Shown here in pieces: positions 1-12,529 of a DNA stretch of 64,000 nt. The position numbers and the translations under genes are program-made. The stretch's first letter is position 1. Every line of letters begins with the position of its first letter. The notes under the pieces are model-generated. The model was not told the origin of the DNA. It ran no database searches and saw only the letters and a program-made list of their open reading frames with translations. This stretch comes from Sphaerodactylus townsendi. Taxonomy: Eukaryota. The DNA lies in the NCBI RefSeq assembly GCF_021028975.2, contig NC_059425.1:29450001-29514000 (forward strand), given 5' to 3'.

Positions 1-189
1 ATCTCATGTAGCACAGCAGTCTAAATCAATTGAAATAATCTAATTTAGGCCGGAGTAATTCTATTTTGTTCTACTACTGAAAGCCATGGTCAGTTTCATC
101 TTCCATGTGGTGGATGAGCAGTGCTATTAATGCATATATTGGAAGGTGCACAGTATTGGGCCTAGGAACTGTGACTTTTCTTTGTGCAT

Positions 190-370
190 TTTCTTTGCAT
201 GTAGAAAGTCCCAGGCAGTATATTTGGCATCTCAATTGAAAGGATCTGGTGTTAGATGATGTGAAAAACCTCTACCAAAGATCCTGGAGAGCTGTGGCTG
301 GTCAGAGTAGATAAGGCCACATCTTGATGGACAAGTGGTTTGGTTTGGTATTAGGCAGCATCATACATTT
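190..370 (+). mobile_element. Decayed tRNA-headed SINE with CR1-like 3' tail
   Basis: Similar to copies at 8793 and 50180 (gatgtgaaaaacctc...ctggagagc...gtcagagtaga...aggcagc). Confidence 0.6.
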
Positions 371-438
371 GTGAACTTGAATTGAAATTGACAAAGCCTG
401 GAGCTGTACATTTGGGTCTTGACTGTGAAGAGCAAAGG

Positions 439-1674
439 CAGGGACGTAGGTATAGATTTTTTATGGGGGGGTTCGGGGGTGGGGCCACACCCCCCCCCCC
501 CCCCAGGGCATGGCCATGCCTCCCCAAGCCCCCCCCCCCAGCCTAGCACTTATAAAAGCAGCTCTCTGAGGCCGGGGATGGCAGACTCCCCTCCCCTGCC
601 CCCCACCAGCTGGGCTCCCAGCCGGCAGCTCCTTCTGCCCTCCCCTCTGGGCAGAGGCATAGAGGGAAAATGGAGCCCGGTGCAAAATCTGAGCCCCCCC
701 CCGCCCCGGCAGCCGCTGTGATGCTGGAATCCACCCCCAAACAGCATCACTTTCAATGGTGTTTAAACTAGAGAGCCCAAATTCTCCTTTTAAATCCACC
801 TTAAAGGGAGAATCTGGGATCCCCACTTAAACAACATTGAAATCGATGCTGTTTTGGGGTGGATTATCCCCCACCCTGAAACAGCATCACTTTCAATGTG
901 GCGTAGTGGTTAAGAGCAGGGGCATTCTAATCTGGAGAAACCGGGTTTGATTCCCTGCTCTGCCGCTTGAGCTGTGGAGGCTTATCTGGGGAATTCAGAT
1001 TAGCCTGTGCACCCCCACACACAGCAGCTGGGTGACCTTGGGCTAGTCACAGCTTTTTGGAGCTCTCAGCCCCACCCACCTCACAGGGTGTTTGTTGTGA
1101 GGGGGGAAGGCAAAGGAGATTGTAAGCTCCTTTGAGTCTCCTACAGAAGAGAAAGGGGGGATATAAAGCCAAACTCTTCTTCTTCTAAACTGAGAACCTC
1201 AGATTCTCCCTTTAAATCCATGCCGAATGTGGTGGATTTAAAAGGAGAATCTGGGGAAATTTGGAGGGTGCCTGCTGTCAGGGGTGCAATTGTTAAGCTA
1301 GAAGCACCAAACTTTCCAGGTATCTTTAAGAGACTCTTCTAATGATACCACCCATGTTTGGTGAAGTTCGGTTCAGGGGGTCCAAAGTTATGGACCCTCA
1401 AAAGTGTAGCCCTCATTGGAAACAATGGAGGATGGGGACACCCCCTTTGGGAGTCCATAACTTTGGACCCCCTGAACCAAACCGCACCAAACCCGGGTAG
1501 TATCATTAGGAGGGTCCCCCAAACAATCCCTGAAAGTTTGGTGAATGCGCCCCCTGCAGGCCAAAAACCAAAAAAACCAGTAAAAATGTTTTAAAAACCC
1601 ACAAACGGGGGGCGGAGCTTCGGACATGAATGGGGCGGTTTGAACCCAAGAACCCCCCCTTACCTACGTCCTTG
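439..1674. mobile_element. Composite non-autonomous hAT-like DNA transposon with a nested SINE
   Basis: TIRs CAGGGACGTAGGTA / TACCTACGTCCTTG; degenerate 8-bp TSD agcaaagg/accaaggg; internal inverted repeats. Confidence 0.75.
898..1186 (+). mobile_element. Squam3-like (tRNA-headed, MIR/CORE-derived) SINE nested in the hAT element
   Basis: A-box gtggcgtagtggttaagagc, B-box ggtttgattccc, core gctgggtgaccttgggctagtcac, (TTC)n tail. Confidence 0.85.
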
Positions 1675-4034
1675 ACCAAGGGGTAGAGGAGGAGAAAGAA
1701 TGCTGCCATTTGATTGAACAGCACCTGCAAGCTAACATGTCTTCTTTTAAAAGAAATGGCTGTGATAACTAAGACTACTTGATCTTCATTTACCCAGCTG
1801 CCATTACAAATAATTCTGCTGTGCAGATATGAAACTCCTCACTATACTGCCTAAAAGTCTTTCACAGAGTCTTTCTCACAGAGAAACTCCTCACTATACT
1901 GCCTAAAAATCTTTCACTCTACAAAAAAAATTCAGCCTGAACAAAGTAAGTTCTCAACATCCTCCTAATAACAGCTAGGATTTCCAGCTAGTCATTCAAC
2001 TGTGTCTATTTCCAGACTTCCTACAGTCTACGTAAAGAGGGCATCAGGTGACTTCTCATGATGCAAAAGGTTTTATCTTATTTTGCTGTTCAGTGTTCTT
2101 CAACTGTTGCTTATCATATCTCTGTATCCTCTTTAACACATCATATTTCAGTTCAGATAGACACTTCCATGCCTAGTCTGGTTGTTCTGTAATTCTAGCT
2201 GTTATGTTTAGTTGATATTGGCATAGCAGTGTAACAGTTAACAGCACTTGTGGAAGGTTCATTTAGAAGGTTCATAACTTCTGTTTTAATTTAAAACTGA
2301 TGAGGTACTGTAATTCTTCATATTTTCTACATTTAAGGATGAAGTTTTGTTGAAATACTGTGACTGTACTTATCTGAGTCCTCATTAGATGCTATGGAAT
2401 GTGGAGATACCTTTTCTCATGTAAGTGATTAGAGAGCAGCGGTGGCTGGCACATGGGTCTGATCTATATGTGTGTGCAAGGTACCCTTGAATGCTGGTGG
2501 CCTATTTTATTTATTTAAATATTTATACTTCACTTTTCCTCTTGGCTGTAGAGGAAAGGTAGATATAACTGTTTAAGGAGTAAAGACTGTGCCCCTGCAT
2601 GCTTCTTGTCTCTTCCTAGAGAGGCATGTGGCTGGCCACAGTTGCATCAGACTGCTGTCTTACCAGAGCTGTAATTTTGGTTGTGAATTGAGTGGGGGAG
2701 GAATCACAAGGGACCTGATGTACATGACAGTGAAATGCTCATGGTTCCATGTGACTCATGATTTGACATGTAGAATGGAAGATTTCCATTAATTTGCAAC
2801 CGGATAGAACTTGCACATGACATTACAGAGACTGGATAGGACTTGCAAATGACATCAAAGGGGCTCAAGAAGAAGACTGAAGCTATGCAGAATAGGATTA
2901 CCCTACTGAACTGGAATGCTAAAAATAGAATGAAATTTTAATGGCACTAAATGCATTTGGGAAACAGCTGAACTGATTGACTGGGATTTCGTGACAGTGA
3001 AAGAATGATTTCTGGAGACTGTGAGGAAATCATTAATTCTGAGATGCACACTAATACACATTTAGACAAGTCTGAGGTTTTGTTTTGTTTTCTGCATAAT
3101 TCAGATTTTGCTAGTTCAGGAGGCCCATTATCACCACTATGTGACCAGTGCTGGAATGCTTATTTTAAAACGAGATTTGGTGTTCTGTTTTGTATTGTAC
3201 ATTTTAAATATTGATTTGTAAGCTGCCTTGAACCATGAAGAAAGGTGGGTTATAAATATAAATATTCGGCTACACATTCTAGCCCTTACGATTGCATACG
3301 GGAAGTTGAATTCTCCCTGTCTGTGGGAGTATAATGTGTATATAGCTGTAATGGTCAGCCATGAACCTGAGCCAGGAAAGGCTACTGACTGTATTGAATG
3401 AAATCCTTCTACCACATATGAAGAAGTACAAATCCTTTGTACATCGTACCAGTGAGGCCACATCTGGAATTTGTTCATGGAAAATGAATCCAATTAGAAC
3501 AAAAAACTTTTAAAGAGCCCTGCTGGATCCAGGAAAATATTGCAAACAATGTCCAGTGAGATCCTCCGTGGAAGACATAAGCCTTTCTTGCTCCATGGAT
3601 GTTTTAGTAAGAGTTTAGAGGAGGATGGACTAAAAAACTCTTTTAAATATTTGTGCCAGTTTTCCAGTAAAAAAAACTGGAAAGGTTGGGGAGCACTTAA
3701 AAAAATAAGAATCTTTTTTTCTTTGGGGAATGAATAAAAGGCTTTTAAACACAATTATGAAAGAATCTACAGCATTAGATAATTCCTGAATCTACTATGT
3801 GCATATGCAACATATTTTAAAGGGTATATTTAAATGTGCTTAATTTGTTCTCACTTAACATTCTGTAATGCATGGAACAATAAAATATTGAAGAGTTCAT
3901 TATTTTTAGTGTTATGCAGTTTAACTCTGTATCTAAATAAAATGAGATTATGGGGACAAACTTGTTTTCTATTAAACTTTTATTCTGACTTTTCAGGAAA
4001 GAAAAACCTCAAGTGTTTAACCTTTCCATGTGCG

Positions 4035-4228
4035 TGTTTATTTCATTTATGTTCCACTTTTCTCCCCAATGGAGAAACAAGGTGGCTTATAACATTCTGC
4101 CGACCTTCATTTTATGGTTGTTATTACCCTGTCAGGTTAAGAGTGTGACTGGCCCAAGGTCACCCAGCAATCCAGAGTAGGATTTCAGCCAGGGTCTGCC
4201 TGATACTAAACCAACACAATAACCACTA
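4035..4228 (-). mobile_element. Decayed MIR/Squam3-related SINE
   Basis: gtgtgactggcccaaggtcacccagc core in reverse orientation. Confidence 0.6.
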
Positions 4229-4704
4229 AATCATGCCGGCTGTCACACAGGGAAGATTCTCAACCCATTGTGTTAGTTGCTGTTTTCTTGCATCCTTCTC
4301 AGTTCTTATATATCTCTCTTTCTTCATAATGATCCTATACAAGGGATAAAAGATTTGCCTTTTCTCACTATTGTGAACTAGTGCTGACTTTTCCATCGAG
4401 CTATTCATCATAATATCCAAGCAGATTACAGAGCATTCCCAAGATTATAAGAGCAAAAGCTGGCCTACATTGGGGGAAAGGGATTTCTGTTCTGTTTATC
4501 TTAAAAGGATGTCCCCTGGGAAGGTTTAAGAATGTGGTTTTAGATCTTGGCTAACAAGAGCTGTGTATGCTGATCACCAGCATAGAGTAGTGATGGTGTG
4601 GTAGTTTGCATATGTATGTATACAAGAGGTTAGACAGTTAAATAGTTTTTCTGGGCCTGCTGTAATACTTTATCGCTAAATCTGCCTTTTGCTTATTTTC
4701 ACAG

Positions 4705-4765
4705 GGATAGATTTCAAGATCAAAACAGTTGAATTGCAAGGAAAGAAGATCAAGCTACAGATATG
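4705..4765 (+). CDS. RAB10: RAB10 coding exon 2 (exon 1 lies upstream of the window)
   Basis: ttttcacag|GGATAG...ATATG|gtaagt; 61 nt; encodes (G)IDFKIKTVELQGKKIKLQI(W), the Rab10 switch I/interswitch region. Confidence 0.97.
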
Positions 4766-5821
4766 GTAAGTGACACTGCTGAATTTGCTATGTAAAGGGC
4801 TAAGCCAAAAGAAAGGAGATAGGCTACTTAAGCACTCCTGGCAGTATCAAAAAGAACACACTCTTGCCACAGTGAGATTTTGGTGGATTTCATTGAAGAG
4901 GATGAAAATGTTCACCTATTCAGGTAGAAGGCTTCACTTTCTAAATTGACTTTGTCTTCTGTGACTCATCAGACTAATTGTACAACCGTTGTGGTTTCTT
5001 GCTTGTTACAAGATGTCAGATTGGCTGAGGGGAAACAATTCAAACAAAATAGCAACCATTCTCACCATAAACCTACACCCTCCCCGCCCCCCATCCTCAA
5101 TTTTGCTTCCTTCCTCAAAGTACTACTTTGGACCACAAAATGAGAAATCTTTTGGTGTGGCCTTGCTTGCCTATTGGACATAGGTCATGTTAACAGAAAA
5201 TTGCATTAGCTAAAGGAATGAAAATGACCATGTATCTAGGTTTAGTTTTATGTGCGTGTTGGTATTTGAGAAACAGAATGGCCATATGTCATTGCCTAAT
5301 ATCCCTGTAAGGTCAGGTGCTTTATCAAATTGCTTGATGGTACTTAAATTTACTAGCAAGTAGTAAGGGCGTAAAAATATGGTATGGTATGGTAATTTAA
5401 TTTCTATACCACTCTCCCCCGAAGGGCTCAGTGTTAAATTAGTGTTAAATTAAACCATAACATTTTGGAAATACAACCTCTGCTTTTCCCATGCGCAGCC
5501 TTCTTGAATCATCTGAGAAGCACTCCCTTCTGGGTCAGTGTTTTCTTTTTCTTCTAGGTAAGCAGTTAACAAGTTCACGGGTGTTTTGTTTTCTGAATGA
5601 TCATTTTCTGCAATATAAAGGTTTTCCTTTTTTATAATTATAGAAGAGAAGAGAATTATTCAGAGGCCAAACATTAGATAATTGCTTACCCAGAAGAAAA
5701 AGGGTAAATTGGCTCATGATAGTTCCTAAGAAGGCTTTTGGTTCCAGTATACTATTTTGGTTGTTGCTGATTCAGCAAATCATATATGTCAAGTTGAATC
5801 AGGGCAGCTTCTTTAAACTTA

Positions 5822-5978
5822 TTGGTTCTGGTGGGTTTTCCGGGCTGTGTGGCCATGGTCTGTAGATCTTGTTTCTAAGGTTTTGCATGCATCTGTGGCT
5901 GGCATCTTCAGAGGTGTATCACAGAGGGAAGTCTGTTACACTGTGTCCAGAGAGAAGGGAATGTTTGGTGTATATATC
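5822..5978 (-). mobile_element. Penelope-like element terminal repeat fragment with decayed hammerhead motif
   Basis: Reverse complement closely matches 36145-36310; hammerhead CGAAACG has decayed to CAAAACC. Confidence 0.8.
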
Positions 5979-6136
5979 TTTAAACTTAGTTCCCCATCAG
6001 CATCTTAGGTTGGAAGATAGAGTCTCTGATAGAAGGTGTTTTTGCTGCTTATCTGCAGCATTTAATTGTCCAGCCACAGTTTCCAGTTTAAGGACTGGGT
6101 CCTGGAATAAATAAGGCACTGGGAAGTACGAGCCAA

Positions 6137-6763
6137 GTGTTGCGCCAGCTGCATTGGCTCCCGTTTGAATTCCGAATCATCTTCAAGGTGTGGATTCTGA
6201 CCTTCAAGGCATTACGCGGTCTGGGACCCTCGTACCTTCGGGACCGCATCACCCCATATGTCCCTACTCGGCCTCTGCGTTCAGCAGAGGCCAATTTGCT
6301 GGTGGTCCCCGGCCCCTCAATGATGCGGCTGGCCTCTACACGGGCCAGGACTTTCACAGCGCTGGCCCCGGCCTGGTGGAACACCCTCCCACCAACTGTC
6401 CGGGCCCTGCGGGACCTTGGTGAGTTACGCAGGGCCTGTAAGACTGTGTTGTTCCACCGGGCCTTTGGAGTGTCCAGCCACTGATATGGTGCCCCCCCCA
6501 CTGCTCCTGCTTTGGCACTGATACAACAGAGCTCCTCATATTGAGGGGCCTGCCGTCCCCCCCTCTTGGGGTGGGTTTTTAAATTGAGCCTGGACGCCTC
6601 TTGTTTAATTTGCTAACTGTTAGCCGCTGTTTTTATGTATTTTAAGATGTTTTATTGACGGAGCCTATGTTTGTATTGTACTGGATTTGCTCCTTTTTAT
6701 TGTTTATATATTATGTTGTTCACCGCCCGGAGCCCTTTGGGGATCGGGCGGTATAGAAATTGA

Positions 6764-6832
<69 letters not shown>
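6137..6832 (+). mobile_element. 5'-truncated, young-looking L2-clade LINE with (TAA)n tail
   Basis: ORF2 C-terminus LHWLP..RI.FK...L.FKAL.GLGP.YL...RPLRS...AP..WN.LP intact with CpGs retained; 3' stem-loop ccgccc...gggcgg, then (TAA)n 6767-6832. Confidence 0.9.
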
Positions 6833-6836
<4 letters not shown>

Positions 6837-6949
6837 GTCCATTGTAACTGCATACAGCCTAAGAAAATAAGGAACTGTCTTATCCACAGTTAATTTTAAA
6901 ATATTTTGAAACATTTTGTCCTTCTCAGAGTTTAAGACTAACATCAATT

Positions 6950-8500
6950 AAAAACCCTCGTTTTTAAACCATCACAATGCATAAAAATGTCAGATAGAAA
7001 AATGTTCATAAACTTCATCTGAACGTCTAAAGGTTTTTTTGACCCTGCTAAAAGCTAACATCAATGAGATCCAACAGACTTTCAGCAGGAACTCATTCCG
7101 CAATTAAGAGGCAGCTGCATCAAGGGCATGTCAGTGGGTCATGACAAGCTGTGCCATGACATTTTGATCAGCATATCCTAACTGGCGTGTGAGTTCATAA
7201 GGGGAGAGATGGTCCTTCAAATGTATGTGTCCTTGAGTCATGAAGGGCTTTAAAGTTAAGCACCAGCACCTTGAAATCAACTTGGAAGCAGCTTTTCCCA
7301 TTTAACAAATAGGTGGTCATATTCTGAGCATGTTATCATATACCAGCCTAGAAGTTTTATAAGTACAGCAAATTCAACTTTGTCCTGGAGGGTTGATAGG
7401 CTATGAATGTGATACAGAGGAAAAAATATTTTGTGGCAGTCACTGTTTTTTTCTAGCAACAATACAGGATCTAAGAGGACCCATAAGCCTGGAGTTTGCT
7501 AAAGGTAACTTGGCACCACAGATTGGATCCCTTCCAGTAACTCAGACTTCCGTAACAGCCTCTCTTTGTCTGGATTTGGCTACAACACCCCCCCCCCCCC
7601 CCCCGGCTATTAACTTGATCACAGCATCCTGACACTGGCAGACTGCAGTTTCTAGTGGCTTAGCCAAAGAAATATATAGCTGTATGTCATCAGCATATTG
7701 GTGACATCTAATTCCTGAGGTTTCAGTTAGTGGTTGAACTTTATTGAAGAGCACAGAACAAAATTCGCATTCCATATTCAAAGTCTAGATCAGATTATTC
7801 AAGGTCTCTAGTACTGAAATCTTTCGTTTGTTTAAACTACAAACTGAAGCCAGAAAAGCCTTTCTTTTCATCCCCATAAGCCTCTCCATCCATTGTAATA
7901 GAATTATGTGATCTATAAAATCAAAGGTCGCAGATAGTCTCAACAGTTACGGAACGCCTCTGTACAAATGGAGATCATTTACCAGAACAGCTATAGTCAT
8001 CTCTGTCTTACAGGCAAGCCTGATCCCAGACTGAAACAGTGAAAGGTGTGTTCTTGTTTTATAAGTCCTTACCCCTTCTGTTCTGCCACCTGCTCAGTCA
8101 CATAGCCTAAAACGTGGAGCTTTGAAACAGGCCAAATTGTAGTTGAGTAATAAATGTTTCTTCAAAGAAAAACTGACCACTACTTCCTTCATGGGGGAAG
8201 GATATTTGCTCTCTATCAAACAAGACTTCACAATCCTCCAGTTTCTCGATGCATGATTTAATTGGCCAGGAGGGAGGAGTTATATTGCAGATGGTGGGCT
8301 GCACTGCCTCAAGCAATTCCATCCGCATCAGTCAGTGAGACCAAACCAGAACTCTTCATGCAACCCTGATGATAAGCAGGTGCTTCTGCAATCAAAGAAT
8401 CTACTATCAAAACAGCTTCTAAATCCATCCAGATTATAGGAATCATCCATAAAGAACCTAGCAAAAGCATCACATCTCAACTGAATTTTCCTCTCCAAGG
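6950..8500 (-). mobile_element. Old fragmented L2 LINE
   Basis: Minus-strand remnant GIRCHQYADDIQLYISL (RT motif C) near 7670-7715; gggctttaaa...caccagcaccttgaa at 7245-7275; boundaries approximate. Confidence 0.6.
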
Positions 8501-8792
8501 AAATCAGATCTCATTATTAACAGTTCACAAACCACCTTGAACAGTTTTGTAAGAGACAATTCAGCTGTTGTAATAGTAGTAGAGAAAAACACTTTTTCTA
8601 CTGGAGGCAGGGAACTATGCCAAATGTGTGCATTTCCACTGAGCTATGGCCTCAGTGATAGAAGTTCTCACACAGCCATGGTTGTTACTCAGTAAATGGC
8701 TATTTCTTGATATTGTAGAGAACAGATGTCTGCCTTTGCAAAGAGGCTAAGGAGCTGGAGACAAAGTTATCAATGTTAACAGTGTTATCAAA

Positions 8793-8989
8793 GGCAGTGG
8801 CTCTGCGGTAGAATGTCTACTTTGCATACAAAAGGCCCCAGGTTCAATCCCTGACATCTCCTGTTAAAAGGATAATGTGGCAGATGATGTAATAAACTCT
8901 GAGACCCAGCAGAGTTGCTTCCACTCAGAGTAGACAGTAGCCTTGGTACGTGAGTGATCTGAGTTGGTATAAGACAGCTTCATGTATTC
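8793..8989 (+). mobile_element. tRNA-headed SINE with CR1-like tail
   Basis: gtggctctgcggtagaa A-box, ggttcaatccc B-box, tail gtataagacagcttcatgt. Confidence 0.75.
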
Positions 8990-9194
8990 CAAGATGGCAG
9001 GATGAAAAACCAGCAAGTAAGTCTCCTGGGTACGGATGAAAGCATGGAAGGATTTGCAATACAAGTGCCTTCATACTATCTGAGCGCTTTTTCTTGCTTA
9101 TGTAATGAATCCCTTTATGAGACATAAAGTACCAAATTTCTAGATTTTTAAGATTCTACACCACATACTTTTTAAGATGCTACATGTAGTCCAG

Positions 9195-9356
9195 GCTTGC
9201 TGAGCAGGGTTGGCCCTGGTTAGTACTTAGATGGAAGACCACCAAAGAAGTACCATGGTTATTATGCACAGGCAGGCAATGGCAAATTGTCTCTGTACAT
9301 CTCTTGCCTTGAAAACCCTACAGGGCTGCCATAAGTCAACTGCAACTTGACAGTAG
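9195..9356 (+). mobile_element. 5S rRNA-headed SINE with RTE-like tail
   Basis: gctgagcagggttggccctggttagtacttagatggaagacc resembles the 5S internal control region; tail gccataagtcaactgcaacttgacag. Confidence 0.7.
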
Positions 9357-10162
9357 TTTCCTTCTCCTCCTCCTCCACTACCACCACACAAAAGGTTCTG
9401 TAGAGTGGTATCTCTTTTTATCTGCCTTTTCTCAAACCTTTCTTTAAATCTTTTCGGTCACCCGCATACTTCCATCCTTTCCCTCTGTCTTGGTCATTGG
9501 CTTGAAGAGAGATTCCAGAAGCTACAAGCAAGAAAAGCTCTTTTCCTTAACTGAGTGCGTTTGAATAAAAACAGGGAGGAATCTTTTCAAAACTGGTGAA
9601 CAGATAATTTGTCTAATTTTAAGATTGTTTTGGTACATAATTCTTTACAGAGAAGAAGTTGGAGCAAGCATGGGTAAATGTCAATAGCTTGCTTTTTAAA
9701 AGGCCACAGTAGATCGACTCTGGTGAAATTCCATGAGTGAAAATGGTGAAAGCTTTTGTTGCTGAGGGAAATAATTCCCCTCAGTGCAGGAAGGACTACG
9801 TAGTGTTTCATGGCATTGCAGCACATCATAGTTGTTATATGATCCTCCTGCTATTAATATAAAAGCATTACGATAACAAAACCGCTTCCCTTCTAAAAGC
9901 ATTACTCCCTTGGGTGGTTGCTGAACTTATGACAAAATTTCCAACTTACCGCTCACCCTTTCAGTATTACTGTCTTGATTTCTCCACCTTAATGTTTATT
10001 ATGTGCTACAAATGCGGTGCAAACAGATTGGCTGTCTTAAGACTAGCTGAAACAAGTACGGAGATGGGACTCTTCCTAAAGGGGGTGGGAGTGGAGTGGC
10101 GGCAGGGAATGGGGAAGCGTGTTGCTGGGAAGCAGTTGGTGTAGCTCAGATTCTTGTCAGAG

Positions 10163-10355
10163 GAATGCATGAAACTGCCTTATACAGAATCAGACACTTG
10201 ATCTGTGACAATCATTGTCTGCTTTGGCAGTAGCTCTCCAGGTGAAGGTAAATACCTTCATTTCCTGCCTGATCTTTTTAACTAGATACAGTTTCAGTTG
10301 AACCTGGAACCTTCTGTGTGCAAAGCGGATGCTCTGTCACTGAGCCATCATCCCT
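10163..10355 (-). mobile_element. tRNA-headed SINE with CR1-like tail
   Basis: Reverse complement of the 8793 family (catgaaactgccttatac...ttgaacctgg...cactgagcca). Confidence 0.75.
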
Positions 10356-10390
10356 CCCCTGGTCAGCTTTGATTCTGCAGCGGAAGACAG

Positions 10391-10990
10391 TGTTATAGGC
10401 CAGGCCCAGCCCTGGATTCAGCTCCTACCTCCCATTGAGAGCCACGCTCCCGGGCAGTGAAATCTCCTCCAGCATCACAAGGATCAAATGCAGTGCAACT
10501 AAAGATGCAAACAGGCTCAGTGAGATCAACACCATTAATCAGCTGTTGGGTGGGGTCATATCTAGTCCATCTTTCAGGACTGGGAAGCTATTGGGGGCAG
10601 TAGAGAGCCCCAGAGAAGAGGTTCAAGGGATAAATCTAGATTCATGAAACTTGCAGGCCTCAGAAAAAGAAAACCAAAAGTGTGGGGCCGAGGGGAGTGG
10701 CCAAGGATATTTAAGGTTCATCAATCCCGAGCTCTGGTGGAGGTGGTTGGGACTGCTCCTCTACTGTCATCCAAGCTACAGAGAAAGGGCCAGCAGGCAC
10801 AGGAGAAACCAAATGGGGAAACAGGGTGATGGTGATTTAAACCTCCCCCCTCACTCCAGAGCTGAGGCTCCAACAAGAGAACCTGGCAGCCACACACACC
10901 TTCGTCTACTTGGCAACTGGAGGATACTTGGCGAACCTTCCATGAATGGTCCAGCAGCACAGCCCCACATTGTCCACAGATGACGTTACA
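10391..10990 (+). mobile_element. Possible solo LTR
   Basis: 600-bp block bounded by TGTTA...TTACA with TATA-like gatatttaagg near 10707; TSD poor (gacag/aaaag). Confidence 0.3.
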
Positions 10991-12390
10991 AAAAGAGATT
11001 TCTCTATCCTATGTACTTAATATGCCTGTTTTGTGGGCATTTCTGAAACCTGTGAGGAACAGCTTTCTGTGAGTTCTTGGAAAATGCTGCAGTCAGGATA
11101 GTGGAGAAGCATTGTATTTAATTTGTAGTAAAAATTACTTTACGTTGAAAGTCTTAATTACTTGGGGGGGGTTGTGGGGTGGGAGCAGGCAGGTGACATT
11201 GCAGATACAGTAAACTAGCTGAGACTCCCCTGTATTATTGTTATTCCCCTGTATTAACTATTCTGTGTCCAATCCAGTCAGAGGTGGTGCCGACGCAGTC
11301 AAAAGATTTTGATTCCTCACTGCAGTACTCTGTGTTCATAAGAAAGATTTCCTTCAAGCAGTGCTTTGTCACCTACTTATACATGCTGTGCTCTTGCACT
11401 GCAGTTATGGGTTGGTGTGAAATTTCTTGACAGACTGGAGCTGTCCTCTGGGCTTTGTTTCTATACTGGTAAAATGTCAATCATTGTCATGAGTGTTCTG
11501 TGGATGAGGGCCTCTGGATTGCAGGGACCCCTGAGATGTGCAGAGCACACAGTGAAACATACACCCTCTAGAGTCCATGTCAGTGGAGGCCCCCTGCTGC
11601 ACAAAGTTAGTTAACCAGGGAACAGTCTTCCCTGCACTGAAATCAGAGCCATGGGACATATTCCCCCACTGCCTTCTGGTAGGTAAGAGGTTCCTGAGGT
11701 TTTTTCTGTGTGGATTCTGCATTTTGCATTCACAGGCTGCCTTGAGCTTTGGAATGGCAGCCTATAGATGTTTAAAGTCAACATCCAAGTGACTCACTGT
11801 GTATTTACTCAGTTCTTACTAAGGAGCTTTTCCTGCTTGCATATTCTAGATATGTATCTATATATCCACAGGACCAGTAGCTGGGCCCAAACCAGCAACT
11901 CTTAGCTGCTTCACTGTGTACAGAGGGCCATGTGAATCTGCTTGCAGTCCAGAAATTTCAGGGTTACTGGCTATTGGATAAAGAGGCCTTTATGTTAGGT
12001 TCTCTCCTCCCCCCAACATTGCTTATTGAGTAACTCAGTGGCCATCTTATGGAGGTTGGGAGGTATAGAATCTGCCATGGTAAGGGTACTTGTCAACCTA
12101 CTGTGAATGCATCTACTGGACATAATGTAAGAGAGTAAAATTCTATAGTACATGATCCTTAGAAACATAGAGTTGGAAGGGTCTCCCTAGGTCATCTAGT
12201 CCAATCCCATGCAAATGGTAGACTGTATTAAATGGTTCTACGTGAAAAATGATCCGATCTCTCTTTTGATACTGAAGTGCAGCTCAGTTCTTTGTCACTC
12301 CCAGCTGCCTGAAATCGCTATTTGGCTGCACTGTTCTAACCTAAGGCGTGGCTACACTGTATTTGAATGTGTCTTTGCTTTCTTTCACAG

Positions 12391-12529
12391 GGACACAGCA
12401 GGGCAGGAGCGGTTTCACACCATCACCACCTCCTACTACAGGGGTGCCATGGGAATCATGCTAGTGTATGACATCACCAATGCCAAAAGCTTTGAAAACA
12501 TCAGTAAATGGCTCAGAAACATAGATGAG
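12391..12529 (+). CDS. RAB10: RAB10 coding exon 3
   Basis: tttcacag|G GAC ACA...GAT GAG|gtgaga; 139 nt; [46 protein letters not shown], with the G3 motif and LRRK2 site T73 (codon 12419-12421). Confidence 0.98.

Noticed and set aside
898-965. tRNA genes at SINE heads and a 5S rRNA gene at 9195
   Set aside because: No complete cloverleaf or full 5S sequence; they run straight into SINE bodies.
1831-1917. Short direct repeats here and at 2800-2856, 44376-44428 and 56864-56902 as CRISPR-like or functional arrays
   Set aside because: Two copies each with no spacer series; ordinary local tandem duplications in eukaryotic DNA.
6687-6947. Poly-Ile and poly-Tyr ORFs (also poly-Asn/Leu at 47506-47932)
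   Set aside because: Translations of (TAA)n microsatellites.
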